Source: Eledone cirrhosa
Lineage: Eukaryota
NCBI GenBank assembly: GCA_964016885.1
Contig: OZ024744.1
Span: forward strand, 29,760,001 to 29,824,000
Direction of reading: 5' to 3'
DNA length: 64,000 nt
Positions 15,001 to 30,634 of the stretch are shown in pieces; within the stretch, counting starts at the first letter, position 1; every line of letters begins with the position of its first letter. Under the pieces are notes generated by a model. The model saw only the letters and a list, made by a program, of their open reading frames with translations. It had not been told where the DNA came from and searched no databases. The translations under genes were made by a program, and so were the position numbers.

Positions 15001-18000
15001 CCTGTTACACAGAGTAGACCACAAACCTAGGTACTGTTACCTGCTACACAGAGAAGACCACAAACCTAGGTACTGTTACCTGTTACACAGAGAAGACCAC
15101 AAACCTAGGTACTGTTACCTGTTACTCAGAGAAGACCACAAACCTAGGTACTGTTACCTGTTACACAGAGAAGACCACAAACTTAGGTACTGTTACCTGT
15201 TACATAGAGAAGACCACAAACCTAGTTACTGTTACCTGTTACACAGAGAAGACTACAAACCTAGGTACTGTTACCTGTTAGATAGACAAGACTAAAAACC
15301 TAGGTACTGTTACCTGTTACACAGAGAAGACCACAAACCTAGGTACTGTTACCTGTTACACAGAAAAACCACAAACCTAGGTACTGTTACCTGTTAGATA
15401 GAGAAGACTACAGAGCTAGCTACTGTTACCTGTTACACAGAGAAGACCACAAACCTAGGTACTGTTACCTGTTAAATAGAGACAACCACAAACCTAGGTC
15501 CTGTTACCTGTTACATAGAGAAGACCACAAACCTAGGTACTGTTACCTGTTAGACAGAGAAGACCACAAACTTAGGTACTGTTACCTGTTAGACAGAGAA
15601 GACCACAAACCTAGGAACTGCTACCTGTTACACAGAGAAGACCACAAACCTAGTTACTGTTACCTGTTAGACAGAGAAGACCACAAACCTAGGTACTGTT
15701 ACCTGTTACATAGAGAAGACCACAAACCTAGGTACTGTTACCTGTTAGACAGAGAAGACCACAAACATAGGAACTGCTACCTGTTAGACAGAGAAGACCA
15801 CAAACCTAGGAACTGCTACCTGTTACACAGAGAAGACCACAAACCTAGGTACTGTTACCTGTTAGATAGAGAGGACCACAAACCTAGGTACAGTTACCTG
15901 TTAGATAGAGAAGACTACAAACATCGCTACTGTTACCTGTTACACAGAAAAGACCACAAACCTAGGTACTGTTCCATGTTAAATAGAGAAGACTACAAAC
16001 CTAGGTACTGTTACCTGTTACACAGAGAAGACCACAAACCTAGGTACTGTTACCTGTTACACAGAGAAGACAACAAACCTAGGTACTGTTACCTGTTACA
16101 CAGAGAAGACCACAAACCTAGGTACTGTTACCTGTTAGATAGAGAAGATCACATACCTAGGTACTGCTAGCTGTTACACAGAGAAGACCACAAACCTAGG
16201 TACTGTTACCTGTTAGATAGAGAAGACCACAATCTTAGGTACTGTTTCCTGTTACACATAGAAGACCACAAACCTAGTTACTGCTACCTGTTACACAGAG
16301 AAGACCACAAACATATGTACTGTTACCAGTTACACAGAGATGACCACAAACCTAGGTACTGTTACCTGTTACACAGAGAAGACCACAAACCTAGGTACTG
16401 TTACCTGTTAGATAGAGAAGACCACAAACCTAGGTACTGTTACCTGTTACACAGAGAAGACGACAAACCTAGAGACATTTACCTGTTACAAAGAGTAGAC
16501 CACAAACGTAGGTACTGTTACCTGTTACACAGTGAAGATGACAAACCTAGGTACTGTTACCTGTTACACAGAGAAGATCGCAAACCTAGGTACTGCTACC
16601 TGTTACACAGAGAAGATCGCAAACCTAGGTACTGTTACCTGTTACAGAGAGAATACCACAAACATAGGAACTGTTACCTGTTATACAGAGTAGACCACAA
16701 ACATCGCTACTGTTACCTGTTACACACAGAAAACCACAAACCTAGGCACTGTTACATGTTAGATAGAGAAGACTACAAACCTAGGTACTGTTACCTGTTA
16801 CACAGAGAAGACCACAAACCTAGGTACTGTTACCTGTTACACAGAGAAGACCACAAAACTAGGTACTGTTACCTGTTACACAGAGAAGATCACAAACCTA
16901 GGTACTGTTACCTGTTACACAGAGAAGACCACAAACCTAGTTACTGCTACCTGTTACACAGAGAAGACCACAAACCTAGGTACAGTTACCTGTTAATAGA
17001 GAAGACCTCAAACCTAGGTACTGTTACCTGTTAGATAGAGAGGACCACAAACCTAGGTACAGTTACTTGTTAGATAGAGAAGACTACAAACATCGCTACT
17101 GTTACCTGTTACACAGAAAAGACCACAAACCTAGGTACTGTTCCATGTTAAATAGAGAAGACTACAAACCTAGGTACTGTTACCTGTTAGATAGACAAGA
17201 CTAAAAACCTAGGTACTGTTACCTGTTACACAGAGAAGACCACAAACCTAGGTACTGTTACCTGTTACACAGAAAAACCACAAACCTAGGTACTGTTACC
17301 TGTTAGATAGAGAAGACTACAGAGCTAGCTACTGTTACCTGTTACACAGAGAAGACCACAAACCTAGGTACTGTTACCTGTTAAATAGAGAAGACTACAA
17401 ACCTAGGCACTGTTACATGTTAGATAGAGAAGACTACAAACCTAGGTACTGTTACCTGTTACACAGAGAAGACCACAAACCTAGGTACTGTTACCTGTTT
17501 CACAGAAAAGACCACAAACCTAGGTACTGTTACCTGTTAGATAGTGAAGACTACAAACCTAGGTACTGTTACCTGTTACACAGTGAAGACAACAACCCTA
17601 GGTACTGCTACCTGTTACACAGAGAAGTCCACATACGTAGGTACTGTTACCTGTTACACAGAGAAGATCACAAAACTAGATTCTGTTACCTGTTACACAG
17701 ACAAGACCACATACCTAGGTACTGTTACCTGTTACACAGAGAAGACCACAAACCTAGGTACTGTTACCTGTTAGATAGAGAAGACCACAAACCTAGGTAC
17801 TGCTACCTGTTACACCGAGAAGACCACAAACCTAGGTACTGTTACCTGTTAGATAGAGAAGACTACATACCTAGGTACTCTTACCTGTTACACATAGTAG
17901 ATCACAAACCTAGGTACTGCTACCTGTTACACAGAGAATACCACAAACCTAGGTACTGTTACCTGTTTCACAGAGAAGATCACAAACCTAGCTACTGTTT

Positions 18001-21000
18001 CCTGTTACACAGAGAAGACCACAAACCTAGGTACTGTTACCTGTTTCACAGAGAAGATCACAAACGTAGGTACTGCTACCTGTTATACAGAGAAGACCAC
18101 AAACCTACGTACTGTTATCTGTTCGATAGAGAAGACTACACACATCGCTACTATTACCTGTTACACAGAGAAGACCATACACCTAGGTACTGTTACCTGT
18201 TACTCAGAGAAGACCACAAACCTATGTAATGTTACCTGTTACACAGAGAAGATCACAAACCTAGGTACTGTTACCTTTTACACAGAGAAGACCACAAACC
18301 TAGGTACTATTACCTGTTACACAGAAAAGACCACAAACCTAGGTACTGCTACCTGTTAGATAGAGAAGACTACAAACCTAGGTACTGCTACCTGTTACAC
18401 AGAGAAGACCACAAACCTAGGTACTGTTACCTGTTACACAGAGAAGACCGCAAACCTAGGTACTGTTACGTGTTACACAGAGAAGACCACAACCGTAGGT
18501 ACTGTTTCCTGTTACACAGAGAAGGTCACAAATCTAGGTACTGTTACCTGTTACACAGAGAAGACCACAAACCTAGGTACTGTTACCTGTTAGATAGATA
18601 AGACTACAAACCTAGGTAATGTTACCTGTTAGATATAGAACACCACAAACCTAGGTACTGTTACCTGTTAGATAGAGAATACCACAAACCTACGCACTGT
18701 TACCTGTTAGATAGAGAAGGCCGCATACCTAGGTACTGCTACCTGTTAGATAGAAAAGACCACAAACCTAGGTAATGCTACCTGTTACACAGATAAGATC
18801 ACAAACGTAGGTACTGTTACCTGTTACACAGAGAAGACCACAAACCTAGGTACTGTTACCTGTTAGATAGAGAAGACTACAAATCTAGGTACTGTTACCT
18901 GTTAGATAGAGAAGACTACAAACCTAGGTACCGTTACCTGTTACACAGAGAAGACCACAAACCTAGGTACTGTTACCTGTTAGATAGAGAAGACTACAAA
19001 CCTAGGTACTGTTACCTGTTACACAGAGAAGACCACTAACCTAGGTACTGTTACCTGTTACACAGAGAAGACCACAAACCTAGGTACTGTTACCTGTTAG
19101 ATTGAGATGACTACAAACCTAGGTACTGTTACCTGTTACACAGAGAAGACCACATACCTAGGTACTGTTACCTGTTAGATAGAGAAGACCACAAACCTAG
19201 GTACTGTTACCTGTTACACAGAGAAGACCACAAACCTAGGTACTGTTACCTGTTAGATAGAGAAGACTACAAACCTAGGTACTGTTACCTGTTAGATAGA
19301 GAAGACTACAAACCTAGGTACAGTTACCTGTTACACAGAGAAGACCACAAACCTAGGTACTGTTACCTGTTAGATAGAGAAGACTACAAACCTAGGTACT
19401 GTTACCTGTTACACAGAGAAGACCACAAACCTAGGTACTGTTACCTGTTAGATAGAGAAGACTACAAACCTAGGTACTGTTACCTGTTAGATAGAGAAGA
19501 CCACAAACCTAGGTACTGTTACCTGTTACACAGAGAAGACCACAAACCTAGGTACTGTTACCTGTTACACATAGAAGACCACAAACCTAGGTACTGTTAC
19601 CTGTTAGATAGAGAAGACAACAAACCTAGGTACTGTTACCTGTTACACAGAGAAGTCCACAAACCTAGGTACTGTTACCTGTTAGATAGAGAAGACTACA
19701 AACCTAGGTACTGTTACCTGTTAGATAGAGAAGACCACAAACCTATGTACTGTTACCTGTTACACAGAGAAGACCACAAACCTAGGTACTGTTACCTGTT
19801 ACACAGAGAAGACCGCAAACCTAGGTACTGTTACCTGTTAGATAGAGAAGACTACAAACCTAGGTACTGTTACCTGTTACACAGAGAAGACCACAAACCT
19901 AGGTACTGTTACCTGTTACACAGAGAAGACCACAAACCTAGGTACTTTTACCTGTTACACAGAGAGGACCACAAACCTAGGTACTGTTACTTGTTAGATA
20001 GAGAAGACCACAAACCTAGGTACTGTTACCTGTTAGATAGAGAAGACTACAAACCTAGGTACTGTTACCTGTTACACAGAGAAGACCACAAACCTAGGTA
20101 CTGTTACCTGTTACACAGAGAAGACCACAAACCTAGGTACTGTTACCTGTTACACAGAGAGGACCACAAACCTAGGTACTGTTACCTGATAGATAGAGAA
20201 GACCACAAACCTAGGTACTGTTACCTGTTACACAGAGAAGACCACAAACCTAGGTACTGTTACCTGTTAGATAGAGAAGACTACAAACCTAGGTACTGTT
20301 ACCTGTTACACAGAGAAGACCACAAACCTAGGTACTGTTACCTGTTACACAGAGAAGACCACATACCTAGGTACTGTTACCTGTTAGATAGAGAAGACTA
20401 CAAACCTAGGTACTGTTACCTGTTACACAGAGAAGACCACAAACCTAGATACTGTTACCTGTTACACAGAGAAGACCACAAACCTAGGTACTGTTACCTG
20501 TTAGATAGAGAAGACCACAAACCTAGGTACTGTTACCTGTTACACAGAGAAGACCACAAACCTAAGTACTGTTACCTGTTAGATAGAGAAGACTACAAAC
20601 CTAGGTACTGTTACCTGTTACACAGAGAAGACCACAAACCTAGGTACTGTTACCTGTTAGATAGAGAAGACCACAAACCTAGGTACTGTTACCTGTTACA
20701 CAGAGAAGACCACAAACCTAGGTACTGTTACCTGTTAGATAGAGAAGACTACAAACCTAGGTACTGTTACCTGTTACACAGAGAAGACCACAAACCTAGG
20801 TACTGTTACCTGTTAGATAGAGAAGACCACAAACCTAGGTACTGTTACGTGTTACACAGAGAAGACCACAAACCTAGGTACTGTTACCTGTTAGATAGAG
20901 AAGACTACAAACCTAGGTACTGTTACCTGTTACACAGAGAAGACCACAAACCTAGGTACTGTTACCTGTTACACAGAGAAGACCACATACCTAGGTACTG

Positions 21001-24000
21001 TTACCTGTTAGATAGAGAGGACCACGAACCTAGGTACTGTTACCTGTTAGATAGAGAAGACCACAAACCTAGGTACTGTTACCTGTTAGATAGAGAAGAC
21101 CATATACCTAGGTACTGTTACCTGTTAGATAGAGAAGACCACAAACCTAGGTACTGTTACCTGTTAGACAGAGAAGACTACAAACCTAGGTACTGTTACC
21201 TTTTACACAGAGAAGACCACAAACATAGGAAATGTTACCTGTTACACAGAGAAGACCCAAATTCAAGGTACTGTTACCTGTTACACAGAGAAGACCACAA
21301 ACATAGTTACTGTTACCTGTTAGATAGAGAAGACTACAAACCTAGGTACTGTTACCTGTTAGATAGAAAAGTCCACAAACTTAGGTACTGTTACCTGTTA
21401 CACAGACAAGACCACAAACCTAGGTACTGCTACCTCTTACACAGAGAAGACCACAAACCTAGGTACTGTTACCTGTTACACAGAGAAGACCACAAACCTA
21501 GGTACTGTTACCTGTTATACAGAGAAGACCACAAACATAGGTACCGCTACCTGTTATACAGAGAGAACCACAACCCTAGGTACTGTTACCTTTTACACAG
21601 AGAAGACCACAAACATAGGAAATGTTACCTGTTACACAGAGAAGACCCAAATTCAAGGTACTGTTACCTGTTACACAGAGAAGACCACAAACCTAGGTAC
21701 TGCTACCTGTTAGATAGAGAAGACCACAAACGTAGGTACTGTTACCTGTTACACAGAGAAGACCACAAACCTAGGTTCTGTTACCTGTTAGATAGAGAAG
21801 ACCACAAACCTAGTTACTGCTACCTGTTAGATAGAGAAGACCACAAACCTAGGTACTGTTACCTGTTACACAGAGAAGACCACAAACTTCGCTACTGTTT
21901 CCTGTTACACAGAGAAGACCACAAACCTAGGTACTGTTACCTGTTATACAGAGAAGACCGCAAACCTAGTTACTGCTACCTGTTACACAGAGAAGACCAC
22001 AAACCTAGGTACAGTTACCTGTTAATAGAGAAGACCACAAACCTAGGTACTGTTACCTGTTAGATAGAGAGGACCACAAACCTAGGTACAGTTACCTGTT
22101 AGATAGAGAAGACTACAAACATCGCTACTGTTACCTGTTACACAGAAAAGACCACAAACCTAGGTACTGTTCCATGTTAAATAGAGAAGACTACAAACCT
22201 AGGTACTGTTACCTGTTAGATAGACAAGACTAAAAACCTAGGTACTGTTACCTGTTACACAGAGAAGACCACAAACCTAGGTACTGTTACCTGTTACACA
22301 GAAAAACCACAAACCTAGGTACTATTACCTGTTAGATAGAGAAGACTACAGAGCTAGGTACTGTTACCTGTTACACAGAGAAGACCACAAACCTAGGTAC
22401 TGTTACCTGTTAAATAGAGACAACCACAAACCTAGGCACTGTTACCAGTTAGACAGACAAGACCACAAACCTTGGTACTGTTACCTGTTACACAGAGAAG
22501 ACCACAAACCTAGGGACTGTTACCTGTTACACAGAGTAGACCACAAACCTAGGTACTGTTACCTGCTACACAGAGAAGACCACAAACCTAGGTACTGTTA
22601 CCTGTTACACAGAGAAGACCACAAACCTAGGTACTGTTACCTGTTACACAGAGAAGACCACAAACCTAGGTACTGTTACCTGTTACACAGAGAAGACCAC
22701 AAACTTAGGTACTGTTACCTTTTACATAGAGAAGACCACAAACCTAGTTACTGTTACCTGTTACACAGAGAAGACCACATACCTAGGTACTGTTACCTGT
22801 TGCACAGAAAAGACCACAAATCTAGGTACTGTTACCTGTTACACAGAGAAGACCACAAACCTAGGTACTGTTACCTGTTAGACAGAGAAGACCACAAACA
22901 TAGGAACTGCTACCTGTTACACAGAGAAGACCACAAACCTAGGTACTGTTACCTGTTACACAGAGAAGACCACAAAACTAGGTACTGTTACCTGTTACAC
23001 AGAGAAGATCACAAACCTAGGTACTGTTACCTGTTACACAGAGAAGACCACAAACCTAGTTACTGCTACCTGTTACACAGAGAAGACCACAAACCTAGGT
23101 ACAGTTACCTGTTAATAGAGAAGACCACAAACCTAGGTACTGTTACCTGTTAGATAGAGAGGACCACAAACCTAGGTACAGTTACCTGTTAGATAGAGAA
23201 GACTACAAACATCGCTACTGTTACCTGTTACACAGAAAAGACCACAAACCTAGGTACTGTTCCATGTTAAATAGAGAAGACTACAAACCTAGGTACTGTT
23301 ACCTGTTAGATAGACAAGACTAAAAACCTAGGTACTGTTACCTGTTACACAGAGAAGACCACAAACCTAGGTACTGTTACCTGTTACACAGACAAGACCA
23401 CAAACCTAGGTACTGCTACCTCTTACACAGAGAAGACCACAAACCTAGGTACTGTTACCTGTTACACAGAGAAGACCACAAACCTAGGTACTGTTACCTG
23501 TTATACAGAGAAGACCACAAACATAGGTACCGCTACCTGTTATACAGAGAGAACCACAACCCTAGGTACTGTTACCTTTTACACAGAGAAGACCACAAAC
23601 ATAGGAAATGTTACCTGTTACACAGAGAAGACCCAAATTCAAGGTACTGTTACCTGTTACACAGAGAAGACCACAAACCTAGGTACTGCTACCTGTTAGA
23701 TAGAGAAGACCACAAACGTAGGTACTGTTACCTGTTACACAGAGAAGACCACAAACCTAGGTTCTGTTACCTGTTAGATAGAGAAGACCACAAACCTAGT
23801 TACTGCTACCTGTTAGATAGAGAAGACCACAAACCTAGGTACTGTTACCTGTTACACAGAGAAGACCACAAACTTCGCTACTGTTTCCTGTTACACAGAG
23901 AAGACCACAAACCTAGGTACTGTTACCTGTTATACAGAGAAGACCGCAAACCTAGTTACTGCTACCTGTTACACAGAGAAGACCACAAACCTAGGTACAG

Positions 24001-27000
24001 TTACCTGTTAATAGAGAAGACCACAAACCTAGGTACTGTTACCTGTTAGATAGAGAGGACCACAAACCTAGGTACTGTTACCTGTTAGACAGAGAAGACC
24101 ACAAACCTAGGTACTGTTACCTGTTAGACAGAGAAGACCACAAACATAGGAACTGCTACCTGTTACACAGAGAAGACCACAAACCTAGGTACTGTTACCT
24201 GTTACACAGAGAAGACCACAAAACTAGGTACTGTTACCTGTTACACAGAGAAGATCACAAATCTAGGTACTGTTACCTGTTACACAGAGAAGACCACAAA
24301 CCTAGGTACTGTTACCTGTTAGACAGAGAAGACCACAAACATAGGAACTGCTACCTGTTACACAGAGAAGACCACAAACCTAGGTACTGTTACCTGTTAC
24401 ACAGAGAAGACCACAAAACTAGGTACTGTTACCTGTTACACAGAGAAGATCACAAACCTAGGTACTGTTACCTGTTACACAGAGAAGACCACAAACCTAG
24501 TTACTGCTACCTGTTACACAGAGAAGACCACAAACCTAGGTACAGTTACCTGTTAATAGAGAAGACCACAAACCTAGGTACTGTTACCTGTTAGATAGAG
24601 AGGACCACAAACCTAGGTACAGTTACCTGTTAGATAGAGAAGACTACAAACATCGCTACTGTTACCTGTTACACAGAAAAGACCACAAACCTAGGTACTG
24701 TTCAATGTTAAATAGAGAAGACTACAAACCTAGGTACTGTTACCTGTTAGATAGACAAGACTAAAAACCTAGGTACTGTTACCTGTTACACAGAGAAGAC
24801 CACAAACCTAGGTACTGTTACCTGTTACACAGAAAAACCACAAACCTAGGTACTGTTACCTGTTAGATAGAGAAGACTACAGAGCTAGGTACTGTTACCT
24901 GTTACACAGAGAAGACCACAAACCTAGGTACTGTTACCTGTTAAATAGAGACAACCACAAACCTAGGTACTGTTACCAGTTAGACAGACAAGACCACAAA
25001 CCTTGGTACTGTTACCTGTTACACAGAGAAGACCACAAACCTAGGTACTGTTACCTGTTACACAGAGTAGACCACAAACCTAGGTACTGTTACCTGCTAC
25101 ACAGAGAAGACCACAAACCTAGGTACTGTTACCTGTTACACAGAGAAGACCACAAACCTAGGTACTGTTACCTGTTACACAGAGAAGACCACAAACCTAG
25201 GTACTGTTACCTGTTACACAGAGAAGACCACAAACTTAGGTACTGTTACCTGTTACATAGAGAAGACCACAAACCTAGTTACTGTTACCTGTTACACAGA
25301 GAAGACCACATACCTAGGTACTGTTACCTGTTGCACAGAAAAGACCACAAATCTAGGTACTGTTACCTGTTACACAGAGAAGACCACAAACCTAGGTACT
25401 GTTACCTGTTAGACAGAGAAGACCACAAACATAGGAACTGCTACCTATTACACAGAGAAGACCACAAACCTAGGTACTGTTACCTGTTACACAGAGAAGA
25501 CCACAAAACTAGGTACTGTTACCTGTTACACAGAGAAGATCACAAACCTAGGTACTGTTACCTGTTACACAGAGAAGACCACAAACCTAGTTACTGCTAC
25601 CTGTTACACAGAGAAGACCACAAACCTAGGTACAGTTACCTGTTAATAGAGAAGACCTCAAACCTAGGTACTGTTACCTGTTAGATAGAGAGGACCACAA
25701 ACCTAGGTTCAGTTACTTGTTAGATAGAGAAGACTACAAACATCGCTACTGTTACCTGTTACACAGAAAAGACCACAAACCTAGGTACTGTTCCATGTTA
25801 AATAGAGAAGACTACAAACCTAGGTACTGTTACCTGTTAGATAGACAAGACTAAAAACCTAGGTACTGTTACCTGTTACACAGAGAAGACCACAAACCTA
25901 GGTACTGTTACCTGTTACACAGAAAAACCACAAACATAGGTACTGTTACCTGTTAGATAGAGAAGACTACAGAGCTAGGTACTGTTACCTGTTACACAGA
26001 GAAGACCACAAACCTAGGTACTGTTACCTGTTAAATACAGACAACCACAAACATAGGTACTGTTACCAGTTAGACAGACAAGACCACAAACCTTGGTACT
26101 GTTACCTGTTACACAGAGAAGACCACTAACCTAGGTACTGTTACCTGTTACACAGAGTAGACCACAAACCTAGGTACTGTTACCTGCTACACAGAGAAGA
26201 CCACAAACCTAGGTACTGTTAGCTGTTACACAGAGAAGACCACAAACCTAGGTACTGTTACCTGCTACACAGAGAAGACCACAAACCTAGGTACTGTTAC
26301 CTGTTACACAGAGAAGACCACAAACCTAGGTACTGTTACCTGTTACACAGAGAAGACCACAAACTTAGGTACTGTTACCTGTTACATAGAGAAGACCACA
26401 ACCCTAGTTACTGTTACCTGTTACACAGAGAAGACCACATACCTAGGTACTGTTACCTGTTGCACAGAAAAGACCACAAATCTAGGTACTGTTACCTGTT
26501 ACACAGAGAAGACCACAAACATAGGTACTGTTACCTGTTAGACAGAGAAGACCACAAACATAGGAACTGTTACCTGTTACACAGAGAAGACCACAAACCT
26601 AGGTACTGTTACCTGTTACACAGAGAAGACCACAAACCTAGGTACTGTTACCTGTTACACAGAGTAGAGCACAAACCTAGGTACTGTTACCTGTTACACA
26701 GAGAAGACCACAAACCTAGTTACTGTTACCTGTTAGACAGAGAAGACCACAAACCTAGGTACTGTTACCTGTTACATAGAGAAGACCACAAACCTAGGTA
26801 CTGTTACCTGTTAGACAGAGAAGACCACAAACATAGGAACTGCTACCTGTTAGTCAGAGAAGACCACAAACCTAGGAACTGCTACCTGTTACACAGAGAA
26901 GACCACAAACCTAGGTACTGTTAGCTGTTAGATAGAGAGGACCACAAACCTAGTTACTGTTACCTGTTACACAGAGAAGACCACATACCTAGGTACTGTT

Positions 27001-30000
27001 ACCTGTTGCACAGAAAAGACCACAAATCTAGGTACTGTTACCTGTTACACAGAGAAGACCACAAACCTAGGTACTGTTACCTGTTAGACAGAGAAGACCA
27101 CAAACATAGGAACTGCTACCTATTACACAGAGAAGACCACAAACCTAGGTACTGTTACCTGTTACACAGAGAAGACCACAAAACTAGGTACTGTTACCTG
27201 TTACACAGAGAAGATCACAAACCTAGGTACTGTTACTTGTTACACAGAGAAGACCACAAACCTAGTTACTGCTACCTGTTACACAGAGAAGACCACAAAC
27301 CTAGGTACAGTTACCTGTTAATAGAGAAGACCTCAAACCTAGGTACTGTTACCTGTTAGATAGAGAGGACCACAAACCTAGGTACAGTTACCTGTTAGAT
27401 AGAGAAGACTACAAACATCGCTACTGTTACCTGTTACACAGAAAAGACCACAAACCTAGGTACTGTTCCATGTTAAATAGAGAAGACTACAAACCTAGGT
27501 ACTGTTACCTGTTAGATAGACAAGACTAAAAACCTAGGTACTGTTACCTGTTACACAGAGAAGACCACAAACCTAGGTACTGTTACCTGTTACACAGAAA
27601 AACCACAAACCTAGGTACTGTTACCTGTTAGATAGAGAAGACTACAGAGCTAGGTACTGTTACCTGTTACACAGAGAAGACCACAAACCTAGGTACTGTT
27701 ACCTGTTAAATAGAGACAACCACAAACATAGGTACTGTTACCAGTTAGACAGACAAGACCACAAACCTTGGTACTGTTACCTGTTACACAGAGAAGACCA
27801 CAAACCTAGGTACTGTTACCTGTTACACAGAGTAGACCACAAACCTAGGTACTGTTACCTGCTACACAGAGAAGACCACAAACCTAGGTACTGTTACCTG
27901 TTACACAGAGAAGACCACAAACCTAGGTACTGTTACCTGCTACACAGAGAAGACCACAAACCTAGGTACTGTTACCTGTTACACAGAGAAGACCACAAAC
28001 CTAGGTACTGTTACCTGTTACACAGAGAAGACCACAAACTTAGGTACTGTTACCTGTTACATAGAGAAGACCACAAACCTAGTTACTGTTACCTGTTACA
28101 CAGAGAAGACCACATACCTAGGTACTGTTACCTGTTGCACAGAAAAGACCACAAATCTAGGTACTGTTACCTGTTACACAGAGAAGACCACAAACCTAGG
28201 TACTGTTACCTGTTAGACAGAGAAGACCACAAACATAGGAACTGTTACCTGTTACACAGAGAAGACCACAAACCTAGGTACTGTTACCTGTTACACAGAG
28301 AAGACCACAAACCTAGGTACTGTTACCTGTTACACAGAGTAGAGCACAAACCTAGGTACTGTTACCTGTTACATAGAGAAGACCACAAACCTAGGTACTG
28401 TTACCTGTTAGACAGAGAAGACCACAAACTTAGGTACTGTTACCTGTTAGACAGAGAAGACCACAAACCTAGGAACTGCTACCTGTTACACAGAGAAGAC
28501 CACAAACCTAGTTACTGTTACCTGTTAGACAGAGAAGACCACAGACCTAGGTACTGTTACCTGTTACATAGAGAAGACCACAAACCTAGGTACTGTTACC
28601 TGTTAGACAGAGAAGACCACAAACATAGGAACTGCTACCTGTTAGTCAGAGAAGACCACAAACCTAGGAACTGCTACCTGTTACACAGAGAAGACCACAA
28701 ACCTAGGTACTGTTACCTGTTAGATAGAGAGGACCACAAACCTAGGTACAGTTACCTGTTAGATAGAGAAGACTACAAACATCGCTACTGTTACCTGTTA
28801 CACAGAAAAGACCACAAACCTAGGTACTGTTCCATGTTAAATAGAGAAGACTACAAACCTAGGTACTGTTACCTGTTAGATAGACAAGACTAAAAACCTA
28901 GGTACTGTTACCTGTTACACAGAGAAGACGACAAACCTAGGTACTGTTACCTGTTACACAGAAAAACCACAAACCTAGGTACTGTTACCTGTTAGATAGA
29001 GAAGACTACAGAGCTAGGTACTGTTACCTGTTACACAGAGAAGACCACAAACCTAGGTACTGTTACCTGTTAAATAGAGACAACCACAATCCTAGGTACT
29101 GTTACCAGTTAGACAGACAAGACCACAAACCTTGGTACTGTTACCTGTTACACAGAGAAGACCACAAACCTAGGTACTGTTACCTGTTACACAGAGTAGA
29201 CCACAAACCTAGGTACTGTTACCTGCTACACAGAGAAGACCACAAACCTAGGTACTGTTACCTGTTACACAGAGAAGACCACAAACCTAGGTACTGTTAC
29301 CTGCTACACAGAGAAGACCACAAACCTGGGTACTGTTACCTGTTACACAGAGAAGACCACAAACCTAGGTACTGTTACCTGTTACACAGAGAAGACCACA
29401 AACTTAGGTACTGTTACCTGTTACATAGAGAAGACCACAAACCTAGTTACTGTTACCTGTTACACAGAGAATACCACATACCTAGGTACTGTTACCTGTT
29501 GCACAGAAAAGACCACAAATCTAGGTACTGTTACCTGTTACACAGAGAAGACCACAAACCTAGGTACTGTTACCTGTTAGACAGAGAAGACCACAAACAT
29601 AGGAACTGCTACCTGTTACACAGAGAAGACCCCAAACCTAGGTACTGTTACCTGTTACACAGAGAAGACCACAAACCTAGGTACTGTTACCTGTTACATA
29701 GAGAAGACCACAAACCTAGTTACTGTTACCTGTTAGACAGAGAAGACCACAAACTTAGGTACTGTTACCTGTTAGACAGAGAAGACCACAAACCTAGGAA
29801 CTGCTACCTGTTACACAGAGAAGACCACAAACCTAGGTACTGTTACCTGTTACACAGAGAAGACCACAAACCTAGGTACTGTTACCTGTTACATAGAGAA
29901 GACCACAAACCTAGGTACTGTTACCTGTTAGACAGAGAAGACCACAAACCTAGGAACTGCTACCTGTTACACAGAGAAGACCACAAACATATGTACTGTT

Positions 30001-30116
30001 ACCTGTTAGACAGAGAAGACCACAAACCTAGGTACTGTTACCTGTTACACAGAGAAGACCACACAACTATTTACTAATACCTGTTACACAGAGAAGACCA
30101 CAACCCTAGGTACTGC
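1..30116. repeat. 39-bp tandem satellite array, ~770 units, consensus CCTAGGTACTGTTACCTGTTACACAGAGAAGACCACAAA; runs off the left edge
   Basis: The 39-bp periodicity is continuous and directly visible. Main variants are TTACACAGA/TTAGATAGA and GACCAC/GACTAC. The array ends abruptly at about 30116. Confidence 0.99.
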
Positions 30117-30634
30117 CATGTGAGGTGGAGTGGTAGATGTAGTGGGTGTTGCTGGTTGGTCATCACGTTTTCCCTCATCTTCCCTATTTAATTACTTATT
30201 TAAATCTCTTTTATAATTTTAATGATGATTAGACCTTATATGATTTAACTAGAGACTAATGAGAAGGGTGTATTACACGAAACTATACATGGATCAGTCT
30301 GACGGGTTGATTCCTTTCTCGGCGCCAGAACCTTGTTATTTTGTTACCAAATGTTAGCTGTACAGTATGTATTTCCTTCTCACAAAGAAAATATACAATT
30401 TCAACTGAGAATTATGGTAAACTGACAAGCCTAGTTCTTATATGTATATATATTTCTTGCTCTTACCACACTAAAACAAATTCATAAGCATGCCTTTTCT
30501 GCTACATCGAACACTCAGCCGCGCCAAATCATGTGACAAGTAATATTATCATACACGCCCCTACCCAGGTTTGGATATTTTCTCAACGCTGCTGCGGAAC
30601 AAAGATGTTTAGTGACATATTTACGGATCGGAGG

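Noticed and set aside
421-30077. Many ORFs of (HREDHKPRYCYLL)n resembling Cys/His zinc-finger proteins
   Set aside because: They are translations of a 39-bp satellite, broken by random stops and frameshifts, with no C2H2 spacing and no unique domains.
1-30116. CRISPR-like regular array
   Set aside because: No unique spacers, no cas genes, eukaryotic context.
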